Shown: positions 27,661-36,735, numbered from the stretch's first letter. The stretch: 64,000 nucleotides of DNA from an uncultured Pseudomonadales bacterium (GCA_964511175.1 CAZEEI010000001.1:147187-211186); one strand, 5' to 3'. Notes: generated by a model from the sequence alone, not told the origin. Numbers and translations: made by a program.

Positions 27661-28543
27661 AAGGTTTGGCTGGTAGTGAAAATAGCAGTGAACCTAGAAT
27701 GCCAGGAATAATGGTGTCAAAAAGAAACAGCAACAAACTTACACTCACCGCCACTTCAGCAGCCACACCAAACGGAGCCAGCAAATAAATCGCGACCCCT
27801 TCCCGAATACCCAGACTGCCAATAGTGATTGGTACCAAATTAGTCAGGAGGACCAGCGGGAAAACCATTAGTACCGTTGCTACAGTTACGGACTGGAAAG
27901 CGTTCAGCAGTAAATAAGCCTGAAGGAAGTAAACCGACATGGTGAGGAAAGAGAGAATCAGGAGAATATTCGACAGCGGCCAAGAAACTAAGGTGAATCC
28001 CCGGAGGATATTTTTAAGCAGTTCAAAAGGAATGAGGTCGGTAAGGGCTTTATTAAGACGGCGGAACTGGTAAAAGAAAAGTAAAATTACAGCCAAGATA
28101 CCGATAATCACGATAGAGTTTGCCTGCGTGAGCAGTCTTTGACCGCCCAGTAAGACAAAGAAAATGACGATCCATAGTTCGGATACTTTATCGACGAAAG
28201 TCAGTGAGCCAAGTTGGAGTTTGTTGCCCTTCATGCCTATTACGCGACCCAGCTCCCCGATTCTAGAGGGGGTGACGAGTCTGGTTCCTCGAAGATAGGA
28301 TTGCATTGCCCCCCAAAAAGTATTGTCTGAATGCAGTTGTTTTGATAATAAATACCATTTGTAACTTTTGATAAGGATATGAATGATGATTAATATCATG
28401 GCTAATAAAACATTTTTTTGTTGAACTGAAAGCAGGGATTGCCAGACGGAATAAGTAGCAACTTTACCAAGAATAAAAATTAACAAGATAATGGTTAACA
28501 ATAATCGGCTGAAAAATAAAAAATTTTTTTCTTTCACATCCAC
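27638..28543 (-). CDS. lysylphosphatidylglycerol-synthase-TM (UPF0104) flippase-like protein
   Basis: KW..L, TPSRIGELGR, PITIGSLGIREG. Confidence 0.85.
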   Translation of the reverse strand: MDVKEKNFLFFSRLLLTIILLIFILGKVATYSVWQSLLSVQQKNVLLAMILIIIHILIKSYKWYLLSKQLHSDNTFWGAMQSYLRGTRLVTPSRIGELGRVIGMKGNKLQLGSLTFVDKVSELWIVIFFVLLGGQRLLTQANSIVIIGILAVILLFFYQFRRLNKALTDLIPFELLKNILRGFTLVSWPLSNILLILSFLTMSVYFLQAYLLLNAFQSVTVATVLMVFPLVLLTNLVPITIGSLGIREGVAIYLLAPFGVAAEVAVSVSLLLFLFDTIIPGILGSLLFSLPAKPYVQKNRS

Positions 28544-28560
28544 GCTTCTTTCTTAATTAT

Positions 28561-30162
28561 TCATTTATTGATTTTGTACAGCTTCCAATCCTCAAATGCC
28601 TTCTCTAGAGTTGTAAAATCTGTTCCATTTTCAAATATTCCTGGGAACCTTCTGTTTATAGCATCCAAATCTCCTACTCCACCTAACTTATGTACCAAAA
28701 TATAACCAACCTCATCATTTATGACTGGGTCCAAAAGAACTTCTTCAAAGTTATCATCAATAGTTTCAATGAATATAGATGGTTTTTGCGTATAATACAC
28801 AATAGGAAAACCCATAAAATCGTCAACCAAGATTTTCTTCGGCCATGTATTGTTTTTAATATATTGTGCTATATGCATGTCTTTCTGATAACTCCAATCT
28901 TCAATTTGTGATAAATCACTGTATAAGGTAGCTTTGACTAATTGATTTTCCTCCCTTCCTATTTTTGGATTAGCCATCGCATACAGCGAGCTAACAGACG
29001 AAATAACGATAATTATAACAGCACACAAAAGAGTTATATAAAAATATGTCCTTTTTTTAATATTAGCAATAATATATCCAAGAAATATGTAAGCAGAGGG
29101 TAATACATAAATGAAGAATCTTAACCAACCGAAAGATTGTCCTTTATATAGCAGTATGGCGTGAAATAACAGTACCGACATTGTTGGTAATAGTAAACTT
29201 ATACATAACAAGTGTTCTTTATTTTTTATTCCCTTAATAATCGCAAATATACAAAACACTAAATAAGCGGGAAATAAAAGGATCACTCTTTGTAAGAAAA
29301 ACAAAGATATTTTTCCAAAGTTATATTGCATATTTCTGAAAGTATTATCACTTTCGATAAGTTTTTCTGACTGGGCGGTATTCGAATAAATACTTGTTAA
29401 AAAGTAAAACGGATCACCCATGATTATCCAGTTGGCCAGAATCCAAATTGAAATTATAAAAAACACTGGTGTTAGAAATAAAAGAATCGTTCCTTCGATT
29501 TTTTTAAAACAATTTTTTTGATAATTAAGAAATACAGAGATGCCAATTATCAACATAATTACTGGAATTAATGCTGCTAATTCCCAACGAGTCATTACGG
29601 CTAACGATGTCGAAATACCTAACTTTAATACGTAAGACAGACTTCTTGTGCTTAGGTATGCGACTAAAAAATAAGTTGTAGTTGTAACAAAAAGAACAGC
29701 AATTGCTTCAGACATTCCGTTCGATCCAAAAAATAAAATCATTGGGTTTAAGATAAACATAAAAAGAAATAGTAATCGTAATACAAAGCCGATATTGAAA
29801 TATTTATAGATCTTATTTAGATAGACTGCCGTTAATGCCATGAATATAGCGCTAACAACATTGCCGGCAAACCCAAGATTATTGAGTGGGTTAAACAAAA
29901 CTAGGGGTAGTTGAACAAGTGTAGGAATGGGCGGCCAAACGAAACCTATGGCTGTAAGTTTGGGTTGATTGCCAAAGAATACGCTATATGCATGGAAACT
30001 TCTGGAGAGAGCGTCTCCGTAAACAAACTGTAATTTAAAAACTAGTACGTAGGCAGCAGCGATAAAGACCGTAAATGGCGTCAAAAAAAATAAAATATTC
30101 TCAATATTCTTTTTTATCATGTTGCCAGCTGTGTAATGCAATTTATTTATCCACTTTTGCAT
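28561..30162 (-). CDS. GT-C fold membrane glycosyltransferase
   Basis: YGDALSR, FVWPPIP, NGMSE, TRWE, IMGDPFYF; visibly AT-rich. Confidence 0.78.
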   Translation of the reverse strand: MQKWINKLHYTAGNMIKKNIENILFFLTPFTVFIAAAYVLVFKLQFVYGDALSRSFHAYSVFFGNQPKLTAIGFVWPPIPTLVQLPLVLFNPLNNLGFAGNVVSAIFMALTAVYLNKIYKYFNIGFVLRLLFLFMFILNPMILFFGSNGMSEAIAVLFVTTTTYFLVAYLSTRSLSYVLKLGISTSLAVMTRWELAALIPVIMLIIGISVFLNYQKNCFKKIEGTILLFLTPVFFIISIWILANWIIMGDPFYFLTSIYSNTAQSEKLIESDNTFRNMQYNFGKISLFFLQRVILLFPAYLVFCIFAIIKGIKNKEHLLCISLLLPTMSVLLFHAILLYKGQSFGWLRFFIYVLPSAYIFLGYIIANIKKRTYFYITLLCAVIIIVISSVSSLYAMANPKIGREENQLVKATLYSDLSQIEDWSYQKDMHIAQYIKNNTWPKKILVDDFMGFPIVYYTQKPSIFIETIDDNFEEVLLDPVINDEVGYILVHKLGGVGDLDAINRRFPGIFENGTDFTTLEKAFEDWKLYKINK

Positions 30163-32392
30163 TTACTGTAGATAATTCGATCGGATAGGTAGTTAATTCC
30201 TGATCCACCAATTCATTGCCGATCGCCCCACTCGCTTGTTTCACCACCTTAGCGTGACTTAAGTGTAAGCCATGCTTAGTCTTAGACCAATAATGCGGAT
30301 CGCGGATAATCTTATAAACCGCGTGCCACGCTGCCATGCTCATGCCCAGCCAGTAGAAAGGCACTAGGAAAACGTACTTAATAATATCGTCGTACTCCCG
30401 CTTGGCACAACCGATCATGTAGTAGTACATGTAGAGGAAGTTGCCAAACACCAGGGAGAACACCGCCATGTACAAAACCGGCGCGGGGAAGAACGACTCA
30501 ATGAAAACACCAATGATCGGCCGGAGGGCAAAGTAAGAAATAGTGATAATCCACATTACTGGATTGATAAACATGGACATAATCTTGCCGCCGACCACTA
30601 GTTGAAAAGTAATCACGTGCGGCTCCTGCCAATCTCGCATAAAATGTTTGGGATTGCGCATGTGCACGAGGTAAGTTTGGATATAGCCCTTAATCCAGCG
30701 GGTGCGTTGTTGGAACCAGTTGAGCAAATCGCTATTGGCTTCTTCCATGGTCATGGAATTAACTACCGCCGTACGGTAACCATGCTTAACCAGACGCATA
30801 CCTAAATCACAATCTTCCGTGACATTGAAAGCATCCCAGCCCTTGAGCTCGTGCAGATCCTGGGTACGGAAGTGGTTGGAAGTGCCGCCTAGCGGAATCG
30901 GAGCGTGAATGGACTGTAGACCCGTAAGCACTAAGTCAAACCAGAGTGAATATTCGGCAGTGAAGACTCTGGTTAAAATGTTTTGGTGCGGGTTGTAGAA
31001 GTTTAGTTTGGCTTGGATGCAAATGGTACGGTCGTCGGTATTTTTGAACGCCAAAAACGCTTTCTTTAATTGTTGCGGATCAGGTACATCTTCGGCGTCA
31101 TAAACCACGGCATACTCCCCGGTCGCATAATTCAGGCCGTAATTGAGAGCCTTGGGTTTAGTTTTGGGGAAAGAATGCGGGATAACCACTACTTGGAAAT
31201 AACTTGGCAGTCGGTAAGCCTTAGCCCGCTTCACTGTTTCCGCATAGTCCTCTTCTAAAAGGAGAATAACTTGCATTTTTTCCCGAGGGTAATCCAGCCG
31301 GCTCATGGCGGTGACAAACTGCGGTAAGACTTCCCACTCCTTATAGAGGGGGCAAAAAATAGTATAAGTTGGCCATTCTTTTTGAGCCGCGATTTGGGCA
31401 GCAGTAATTTGTACTTCCGGCGACTTGGAAAAACTGCGGAAAATTAGGAAGAAGTTAAATAATAAGTCCACAAAGTACAAGACCGTTAAGATAGCAATAA
31501 GGATTGTGATGGTGGCGTGCCAATTACTCATGGCGTTAAATACGAGTAAAGCCAGCAGTAGGACAAAGAAAACGATCTGCGGCCCAGAAAACCGGTGGAA
31601 AGCGCTTTCGCTCTGGCCGAGGGCGGTATGTGGGATGAACTCTTTTCCCCGGTAGTGGAAACCAACCCCTTTTATTTTTTGGGTTTTAGGCAGAAAAGGC
31701 ACAATTTCCGGACTAATGAAGGCCAGCTTGAGGGCGGCCAAGCCCATTTCCAGTGAGGCAGTGACTAAACCGATTTTTGGTGCGCCAGCATGACGTTTTT
31801 GGAAAATGATATTAACCGTTTTAATTTGGTAACCGGCATTTCTGGCCTTGACCAGAAACTCCAAATCAAAAGTCCACTGCAAAGGGTGCAGTTTAATTCG
31901 CTCGACAATCTCTTTGCGGAAAACTTTTAGGCCGGATTGGACGTCACAGTTAAAGCCGTGGAGGAACCGACCGAACAGGTGGCGGAAAGCGTGGCTGAGG
32001 ATTTTGCGCCGTAAGCTTACTTGATGTTCTCGCCGGTTGGCAACGACGATGTCACTGTCAGGGCCAATTTTGGCGATCAAATCGGGAAGGGCGTCGGGCG
32101 GATACTGCAAGTCGGCATCAATCATACCAATTAGTGGGTACTTAGCGTGGGCGAATCCCTCCAGCAGTGATTGAGCTTTGCCGCGTTGGCCTTTTTTGGT
32201 GTAAATAGAAAGAGGATAAGATTTTTTTAATTTTTCCACGATCTTAGGAGTCTGGTCAGTGGAATGGTCATCGATAACGATGATTTCGTAGGTGATTTTT
32301 TGGGTCTGTAGTGCCTGATCGATTTTTTTGATCAAGAGCTGAATGTTGTCTTCTTCGTTCCAAGTAGGAACGACTATTGAGATTTTATTCAT
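30143..32392 (-). CDS. double GT2 glycosyltransferase (DPM1-like plus processive synthase-like)
   Basis: N-terminal PTWNEE/DDHSTD/DADLQY; C-terminal PLYKE, YDAED, VTEDCD, QRTRW and TMs. Confidence 0.88.
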   Translation of the reverse strand: MNKISIVVPTWNEEDNIQLLIKKIDQALQTQKITYEIIVIDDHSTDQTPKIVEKLKKSYPLSIYTKKGQRGKAQSLLEGFAHAKYPLIGMIDADLQYPPDALPDLIAKIGPDSDIVVANRREHQVSLRRKILSHAFRHLFGRFLHGFNCDVQSGLKVFRKEIVERIKLHPLQWTFDLEFLVKARNAGYQIKTVNIIFQKRHAGAPKIGLVTASLEMGLAALKLAFISPEIVPFLPKTQKIKGVGFHYRGKEFIPHTALGQSESAFHRFSGPQIVFFVLLLALLVFNAMSNWHATITILIAILTVLYFVDLLFNFFLIFRSFSKSPEVQITAAQIAAQKEWPTYTIFCPLYKEWEVLPQFVTAMSRLDYPREKMQVILLLEEDYAETVKRAKAYRLPSYFQVVVIPHSFPKTKPKALNYGLNYATGEYAVVYDAEDVPDPQQLKKAFLAFKNTDDRTICIQAKLNFYNPHQNILTRVFTAEYSLWFDLVLTGLQSIHAPIPLGGTSNHFRTQDLHELKGWDAFNVTEDCDLGMRLVKHGYRTAVVNSMTMEEANSDLLNWFQQRTRWIKGYIQTYLVHMRNPKHFMRDWQEPHVITFQLVVGGKIMSMFINPVMWIITISYFALRPIIGVFIESFFPAPVLYMAVFSLVFGNFLYMYYYMIGCAKREYDDIIKYVFLVPFYWLGMSMAAWHAVYKIIRDPHYWSKTKHGLHLSHAKVVKQASGAIGNELVDQELTTYPIELSTVNAKVDK

Positions 32393-32558
32393 ATTCGATA
32401 AATAGAAGTTATGGGGCAAACTTTTTAATTAGCCTGACCCGAACTATTACTAATAATAAGAGTGCTAATAACTATCTTTTCCTTGATGATCCGGTTAATT
32501 TAATATTCGCTTATCGTATCTTACTATAAGACTTCTCAATTTCAATCCCCCGCTCTGG

Positions 32559-32652
32559 GGTCAGACCTCTGCCCGGGTCAGACCTCTGCCCGGGTCAGAC
32601 CTCTGCCCGGGTCAGACCCGGGCCTAGGTCTGACCTATGGCAGGGTCTGACC
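32559..32652. repeat. GGTCWGACC palindrome array, 6 cores, 17-nt period
   Basis: Cores at 32559, 32576, 32593, 32610, 32627, 32644; GGGTCAGACCTCTGCCC three times in tandem. Confidence 0.92.
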
Positions 32653-32672
32653 CCTACCGCTATACTATTCTC

Positions 32673-33203
32673 ATGATCCTGTCCGACCGCGATATTTTGG
32701 CGGCTCTAACCACCGGCGACCTAGTCATTACCTCCTTCCGGCCGGAGCGGCTCAAACCCGGCAGCTACGGCCTCACTCTGGGTAATCAGGTTTGGCGCCC
32801 TAAAGACCAAGGTGTAATCGACGCCCGCCGGCCGCAAGTGGCCTATGACGAAATTGAGATTTTTCCGGATACCGGCTACGTGCTCAACCCCGGCGATTTT
32901 ATTTTGGCGCAAGCGCAGGAAAGTCTCAGCCTCAGCCGTAACTTGGCGGCAGTTAGCGACACCCGCTCCACCCTCGCCCGCCTAGGTTTGCAGGTAATTC
33001 TCTCTTCCTCTTTTATCGAACCAGGCCAGAAGGAAAGTCACGAAACCATGGAGATCGTCAACCACGGTCCGCAGCCCGTCCAGATTTTCCCGGGTATGCC
33101 GGTCATGAAAGTAATTTTCCACCAACTAAAAACGCCTGCCAGTTTTGATTACGCCGCAATCGGTTCCTACGGCCGGCAGAATAAACCTTACCCGCGGTGG
33201 TGA
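32673..33203 (+). CDS. dcd: dCTP deaminase
   Basis: MILSDRDI, PGSYGLTLG, RSTLARLGL, IEPG; start ATG 32673. Confidence 0.9.
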   Translation: MILSDRDILAALTTGDLVITSFRPERLKPGSYGLTLGNQVWRPKDQGVIDARRPQVAYDEIEIFPDTGYVLNPGDFILAQAQESLSLSRNLAAVSDTRSTLARLGLQVILSSSFIEPGQKESHETMEIVNHGPQPVQIFPGMPVMKVIFHQLKTPASFDYAAIGSYGRQNKPYPRW

Positions 33204-33219
33204 AGCGGTGAAGGAGATA

Positions 33220-33248
33220 TTGCTTAAATTGGGTTTGTTTTGTATAAT
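33220..33248 (+). promoter_or_regulatory. sigma70-type promoter facing the NYN gene
   Basis: TTGCTT (33220-33225), 17 nt, TATAAT (33243-33248); no plus-strand CDS follows. Confidence 0.6.
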
Positions 33249-33254
33249 CTGACC

Positions 33255-33320
33255 ATCACGATAGGAGGACTACCAAAGGTTGTAAGATTCGTCTTCACCG
33301 CGGGAATGCCTCCTTTTTTT
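33255..33320 (+). ncRNA. candidate ~66-nt hairpin RNA antisense to the NYN 3' end
   Basis: AGGAGG/CCTCCT outer stem, AAGA-TTCG-TCTT apical stem, T7 tail, promoter 6 nt upstream. Confidence 0.5.
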
Positions 33321-33828
33321 GTGGTCGTTTACTTTCTACCTTATTTCTAAACAAACTTACTTGGACAATTTTATCGGCAAATTTCCTCAATAGTGAAGAA
33401 TAATGACGGTTGGGTACAATAATTTTTTCGAGTTTATGATTATCAGATAAATGTTCAATTAAACAATAAAAGTCACCATCGCCAGAGACAATAATTGCCG
33501 TGTCGAAGCTAGGCCACTCAATCATGGTATGTAACACTAGTTCAGCATCGACGTTACCCTTAGTAATTGCCTGTCGATTCTTTTTATATTCCAGTGTAGG
33601 TTTAAAAACTAGTATATAGCCGCATTTTTGTAAAAAAGTATAGAGTCCCTCGTTGCCGGCAACGTGGCCAATAAATAAAAAAGCTTTAGAGACATGGTAT
33701 TTAGTGCGAAGGTATTTAAGAAATTCACGGAAATCTAAAATCCAGCCAGAACTTTTAACACCAAGGTTGAGATTTTGACTGTCGATAAAGGCATAAACTT
33801 TATTTTGGGTTTTATTCGCATTTACCAT
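33295..33828 (-). CDS. NYN-domain (LabA/DUF88, PIN-like) ribonuclease
   Basis: FIDSQNL, KGNVDAELV, IVSGDGDF acidic active-site motifs. Confidence 0.92.
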   Translation of the reverse strand: MVNANKTQNKVYAFIDSQNLNLGVKSSGWILDFREFLKYLRTKYHVSKAFLFIGHVAGNEGLYTFLQKCGYILVFKPTLEYKKNRQAITKGNVDAELVLHTMIEWPSFDTAIIVSGDGDFYCLIEHLSDNHKLEKIIVPNRHYSSLLRKFADKIVQVSLFRNKVESKRPQKKEAFPR

Positions 33829-33867
33829 GAAACGAGTATAACAAAAGGGATTTGATAATCAACAACT

Positions 33868-34260
33868 TCAACGATCATTGGTTGGTTGATCCTGGGCTGC
33901 CAATAACTGTTGCCGAGTCAAGATCAACCGATCGTAAGTAACAAATAACCAGTACGGTTGGTGCTGGTGTATAGTGCTAGGCCATCGTTGATCCAGCTCT
34001 CCAATCACCTGACTCAAATTGTTGAGCAGGGTTTGTCTGACATCCGCATCGCCCCGGTTGAAGCGTTGTTGTAGCTCGGTCAGCAAAATATCCAACTTAG
34101 TTTCAATCGACGCGCCAACTTTAGGTAGCCGGGACAGTGCCTGCCAATCCTGAGCCCCAAAAGTAAAATCAGCAAAACCGCGCACCAAAATCTGTTTACT
34201 TTCGGTAGTTCTGGCCTCAATGGCTAAACCAACGCGGTCTACGTTTTCAAATAACATCAT
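33868..34260 (-). CDS. hypothetical protein, array-3 paralog 1
   Basis: FADF...WQAL...LDILL...F...PYW...RL; ends TNDR. Confidence 0.7.
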   Translation of the reverse strand: MMLFENVDRVGLAIEARTTESKQILVRGFADFTFGAQDWQALSRLPKVGASIETKLDILLTELQQRFNRGDADVRQTLLNNLSQVIGELDQRWPSTIHQHQPYWLFVTYDRLILTRQQLLAAQDQPTNDR

Positions 34261-34269
34261 GGTTCCTTC

Positions 34270-34629
34270 CTAGCGCGGCAACTGGTGACACAGAGCCTGA
34301 TAAGCGGTCAGCAATCGCTCCTGGGTAATAGTTAGCCATTGAGGTGGATTGTCGGGCATATTGCGGGTTAGAAAAGTGATCGTCTCGGCGTAGGTTTGCA
34401 GGAAGGCGTTTTGATCATCCCCAGCCCGCCTACGTTTAAAGGTAGCTTGAGCGTCTTTTAGGATGTTATCCAGAAGACGGTGGATGGCCGCCCGGGTGGT
34501 TAACTGGTCAATTTGGTCGAAACGATAATCAAGCTGGTCGGTTAATCTTTTTTTATACGCTGCTTCGATTAATAGCCCGAAATCTAATTCGAGGGGTTGT
34601 CCGACGGTTAATTGATCAGCTCTAAACAT
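34270..34629 (-). CDS. hypothetical protein, array-3 paralog 2
   Basis: LDNIL...F...PQW...RL; ends LPR. Confidence 0.7.
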   Translation of the reverse strand: MFRADQLTVGQPLELDFGLLIEAAYKKRLTDQLDYRFDQIDQLTTRAAIHRLLDNILKDAQATFKRRRAGDDQNAFLQTYAETITFLTRNMPDNPPQWLTITQERLLTAYQALCHQLPR

Positions 34630-34649
34630 ATATACTTTCTGATTAGTTT

Positions 34650-35033
34650 TTAACGATTAGTTTCTGGCAATCCCAACTGTTCTTTAAGACTTTCGTGCAT
34701 GGCGGCAAAAGACTGATAAGCCAGTTCCGCCCAATCCGGAAAATCGTTTCCTCCGACGATACGGGCTATGCCCAAACCACGGATGACGTTGGCTAGTTTA
34801 GTAAAGATGATCCAGCGTTCCTCAGTACTGTTGGTACTGCCTATTTGGAACTTATTTCTCAATACAAACTCCACTTCCCGCAGAAGAGACACTACTTCTT
34901 GGTTCGATTGCAGTTTTGGCAGTTGCCAGAGCCGCCAATCAAGATCGGCTAAGGGGGCGACTAGTTCTCTATCCGGCTGGGAATAGAACAGCAAAGCTTC
35001 AACTTTGTAACCAAGTTTGCGGATTGTACCCAT
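34650..35033 (-). CDS. hypothetical protein, array-3 paralog 3
   Basis: LADL...WQLPKL...F...KLA...PDW; ends ETNR. Confidence 0.7.
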   Translation of the reverse strand: MGTIRKLGYKVEALLFYSQPDRELVAPLADLDWRLWQLPKLQSNQEVVSLLREVEFVLRNKFQIGSTNSTEERWIIFTKLANVIRGLGIARIVGGNDFPDWAELAYQSFAAMHESLKEQLGLPETNR

Positions 35034-35049
35034 ACGATGCTCCTAAGAT

Positions 35050-35478
35050 CTACCGTGTTGAATCGCTGATCCCCATTCCTACAAGATTGTCCTGCTGATA
35101 CCAAAGCTCGTTATATTTATCCACTAAACGGCTGTGCATGGTAGTCATCCATAAGGGCACCTCTCCTCTTTTACCAATGATCGCATTTTGGAGTCTGGCG
35201 TAAGCGGTGGCTAGTCTCAATAGTAAGATATGTTGTTTTTCTGAACCATATGATTTGAGGCGTTCACTATAGCCAGGTGATTTAAACATTTTTTCTAATT
35301 TACCGAGAAAATCATCAAGTCGTAGATTAAGGGTTTCGCTAGACAGGGCTGGCAGTTCTTGCCATTCCAAATAAGTGAAGATTCCAAGATCAGCAAAAAT
35401 TTCGTCTAACTGGCCAAGCACATCCACTCTACGGCTTAACCCGAGCTCTTGCCTAATCTTTCTTACCAAAGCCGACAT
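35050..35478 (-). CDS. hypothetical protein, array-3 paralog 4
   Basis: FADL...WQELPAL...LDDFL...F...RLA...PLW...RL; SD GGGGAGG; ends DSTR. Confidence 0.7.
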   Translation of the reverse strand: MSALVRKIRQELGLSRRVDVLGQLDEIFADLGIFTYLEWQELPALSSETLNLRLDDFLGKLEKMFKSPGYSERLKSYGSEKQHILLLRLATAYARLQNAIIGKRGEVPLWMTTMHSRLVDKYNELWYQQDNLVGMGISDSTR

Positions 35479-35634
35479 ATCTTCCTCCCCATTTTCCGCG
35501 ATTATAGGCTAGCAAGCGCACTACGTCAAAGAGCGTGTTGGTCGAGGTTATACTCCGCAAGCACCACTGGCCGCAATTATGGCGTTATGCTAGAGTAAAA
35601 AGGTAAGCTGAAAAATTAAAAAAAAGGAATCAGT

Positions 35635-35919
35635 ATGATGGGCTGGTACGGTGGTTGGGCAGGTGCTTCCTGGTTTGGGTCGCTGATGGTTATTTTTTCG
35701 CTATGGAGCGTTTTTTGGAAAGGCCTGGCCCTGTGGCGCGCCGCCCGTAATGGCGAAAAGTACTGGTTTATTGGCTTGCTGGTGATTAACACCGTCGGCT
35801 TACTGGAAATCCTCTACTTGTTTGTCTTCACCAAAGGCGAAAAGGGTGTTTCACTGGAGTCGCTGGGGGTGAGTGCTAAGCCGGTAACCAAGGCCAAGCC
35901 GCGCCGGCGCCGTAAATAA
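35635..35919 (+). CDS. DUF5652-family small membrane protein
   Basis: WSVFWKGLALWRAARNGEKYWF...NTVGLLEILYLF. Confidence 0.8.
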   Translation: MMGWYGGWAGASWFGSLMVIFSLWSVFWKGLALWRAARNGEKYWFIGLLVINTVGLLEILYLFVFTKGEKGVSLESLGVSAKPVTKAKPRRRRK

Positions 35920-35971
35920 CCACTGGCGTCTATTCAGTTTCAGAATAATTTGGTTTTTCCGTTAATCGAAG

Positions 35972-36340
35972 TTAGCGGTTCGTTAGCGCTGGCCACACAA
36001 CCAACTTCATATATTTGTAGGGGCGATATAAAACGTCAAATTGTTGCTTAGGATCTAACTGAGTATCACTAACGTACAAGGAAGGTGGTTTACCTTCTGA
36101 TCCATCAGATACAATGCTAACGGCAAAGTTATAAGGACTGTCGTTGCTCATATCCAGTATAGCCTCGGCCACGTCATAAACATCGAAGCCCTCATTGCTC
36201 ATCATCGTGGCAATTTCACTGCCCACTAAAACTGGTTGACCCTGTCCAGCTAGCTCGGCGAAACGCTTTGCGGCTCGTCGCCGGCTGTTTTCTCTTGTCT
36301 CGATAATAGGTTTTGTTTCGTGTCGTTGAGGTTTAGCCAT
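35972..36340 (-). CDS. hypothetical protein
   Basis: 122-aa ORF; ends LTNR. Confidence 0.6.
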   Translation of the reverse strand: MAKPQRHETKPIIETRENSRRRAAKRFAELAGQGQPVLVGSEIATMMSNEGFDVYDVAEAILDMSNDSPYNFAVSIVSDGSEGKPPSLYVSDTQLDPKQQFDVLYRPYKYMKLVVWPALTNR

Positions 36341-36453
36341 AAAAATATCACTTTCTATTTTTGACCTTATTTTGCCAGGATTATAACATATCGTGAGAAG
36401 CTGGCAACACTAGCTCATCGGCAATTTGCACTAATATGCTACACTGTGACCAT

Positions 36454-36681
36454 ATGTCAAAATCAGAACAGGCACTCAGTGCCGCACAGATTCAGTCGTT
36501 GGAAAATAAATCGGACCGTATGCTGCTCCTGTTTTGGGCGGGTTTGGCCGCCACGATTGCTGGGCCTTTAATTCCTTCGACATTAGTGACGTTGGGTGGT
36601 ATTGGGGCGATGGCTGAATCTTGGCGTCGCGGTGGTAAGTATCGCGAGCAGATTGAACAGTCCAATAATCAGGTTCGCTAG
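36454..36681 (+). CDS. small hypothetical membrane protein
   Basis: TGCTACACT 8 nt before ATG 36454; hydrophobic hairpin; ends NQVR. Confidence 0.6.
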   Translation: MSKSEQALSAAQIQSLENKSDRMLLLFWAGLAATIAGPLIPSTLVTLGGIGAMAESWRRGGKYREQIEQSNNQVR

Positions 36682-36735
36682 TGCGCTAACCATCTAACCC
36701 AAAGATGGTATAGTGCAGAGGTAAATCATACTTAA

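Noticed and set aside
32460-32468. GAGTGCTAA upstream of the GT2 gene as a CIRCE
   Set aside because: Only one half-site; no matching arm 9 nt away
32559-32652. CRISPR array
   Set aside because: 9-nt repeats with 8-nt, partly identical spacers; no cas genes in the window
33263-33285. AGGAGG followed by TTG-TAA as a mini-ORF
   Set aside because: Spacing is long and the AGGAGG is explained by pairing with CCTCCT in the hairpin
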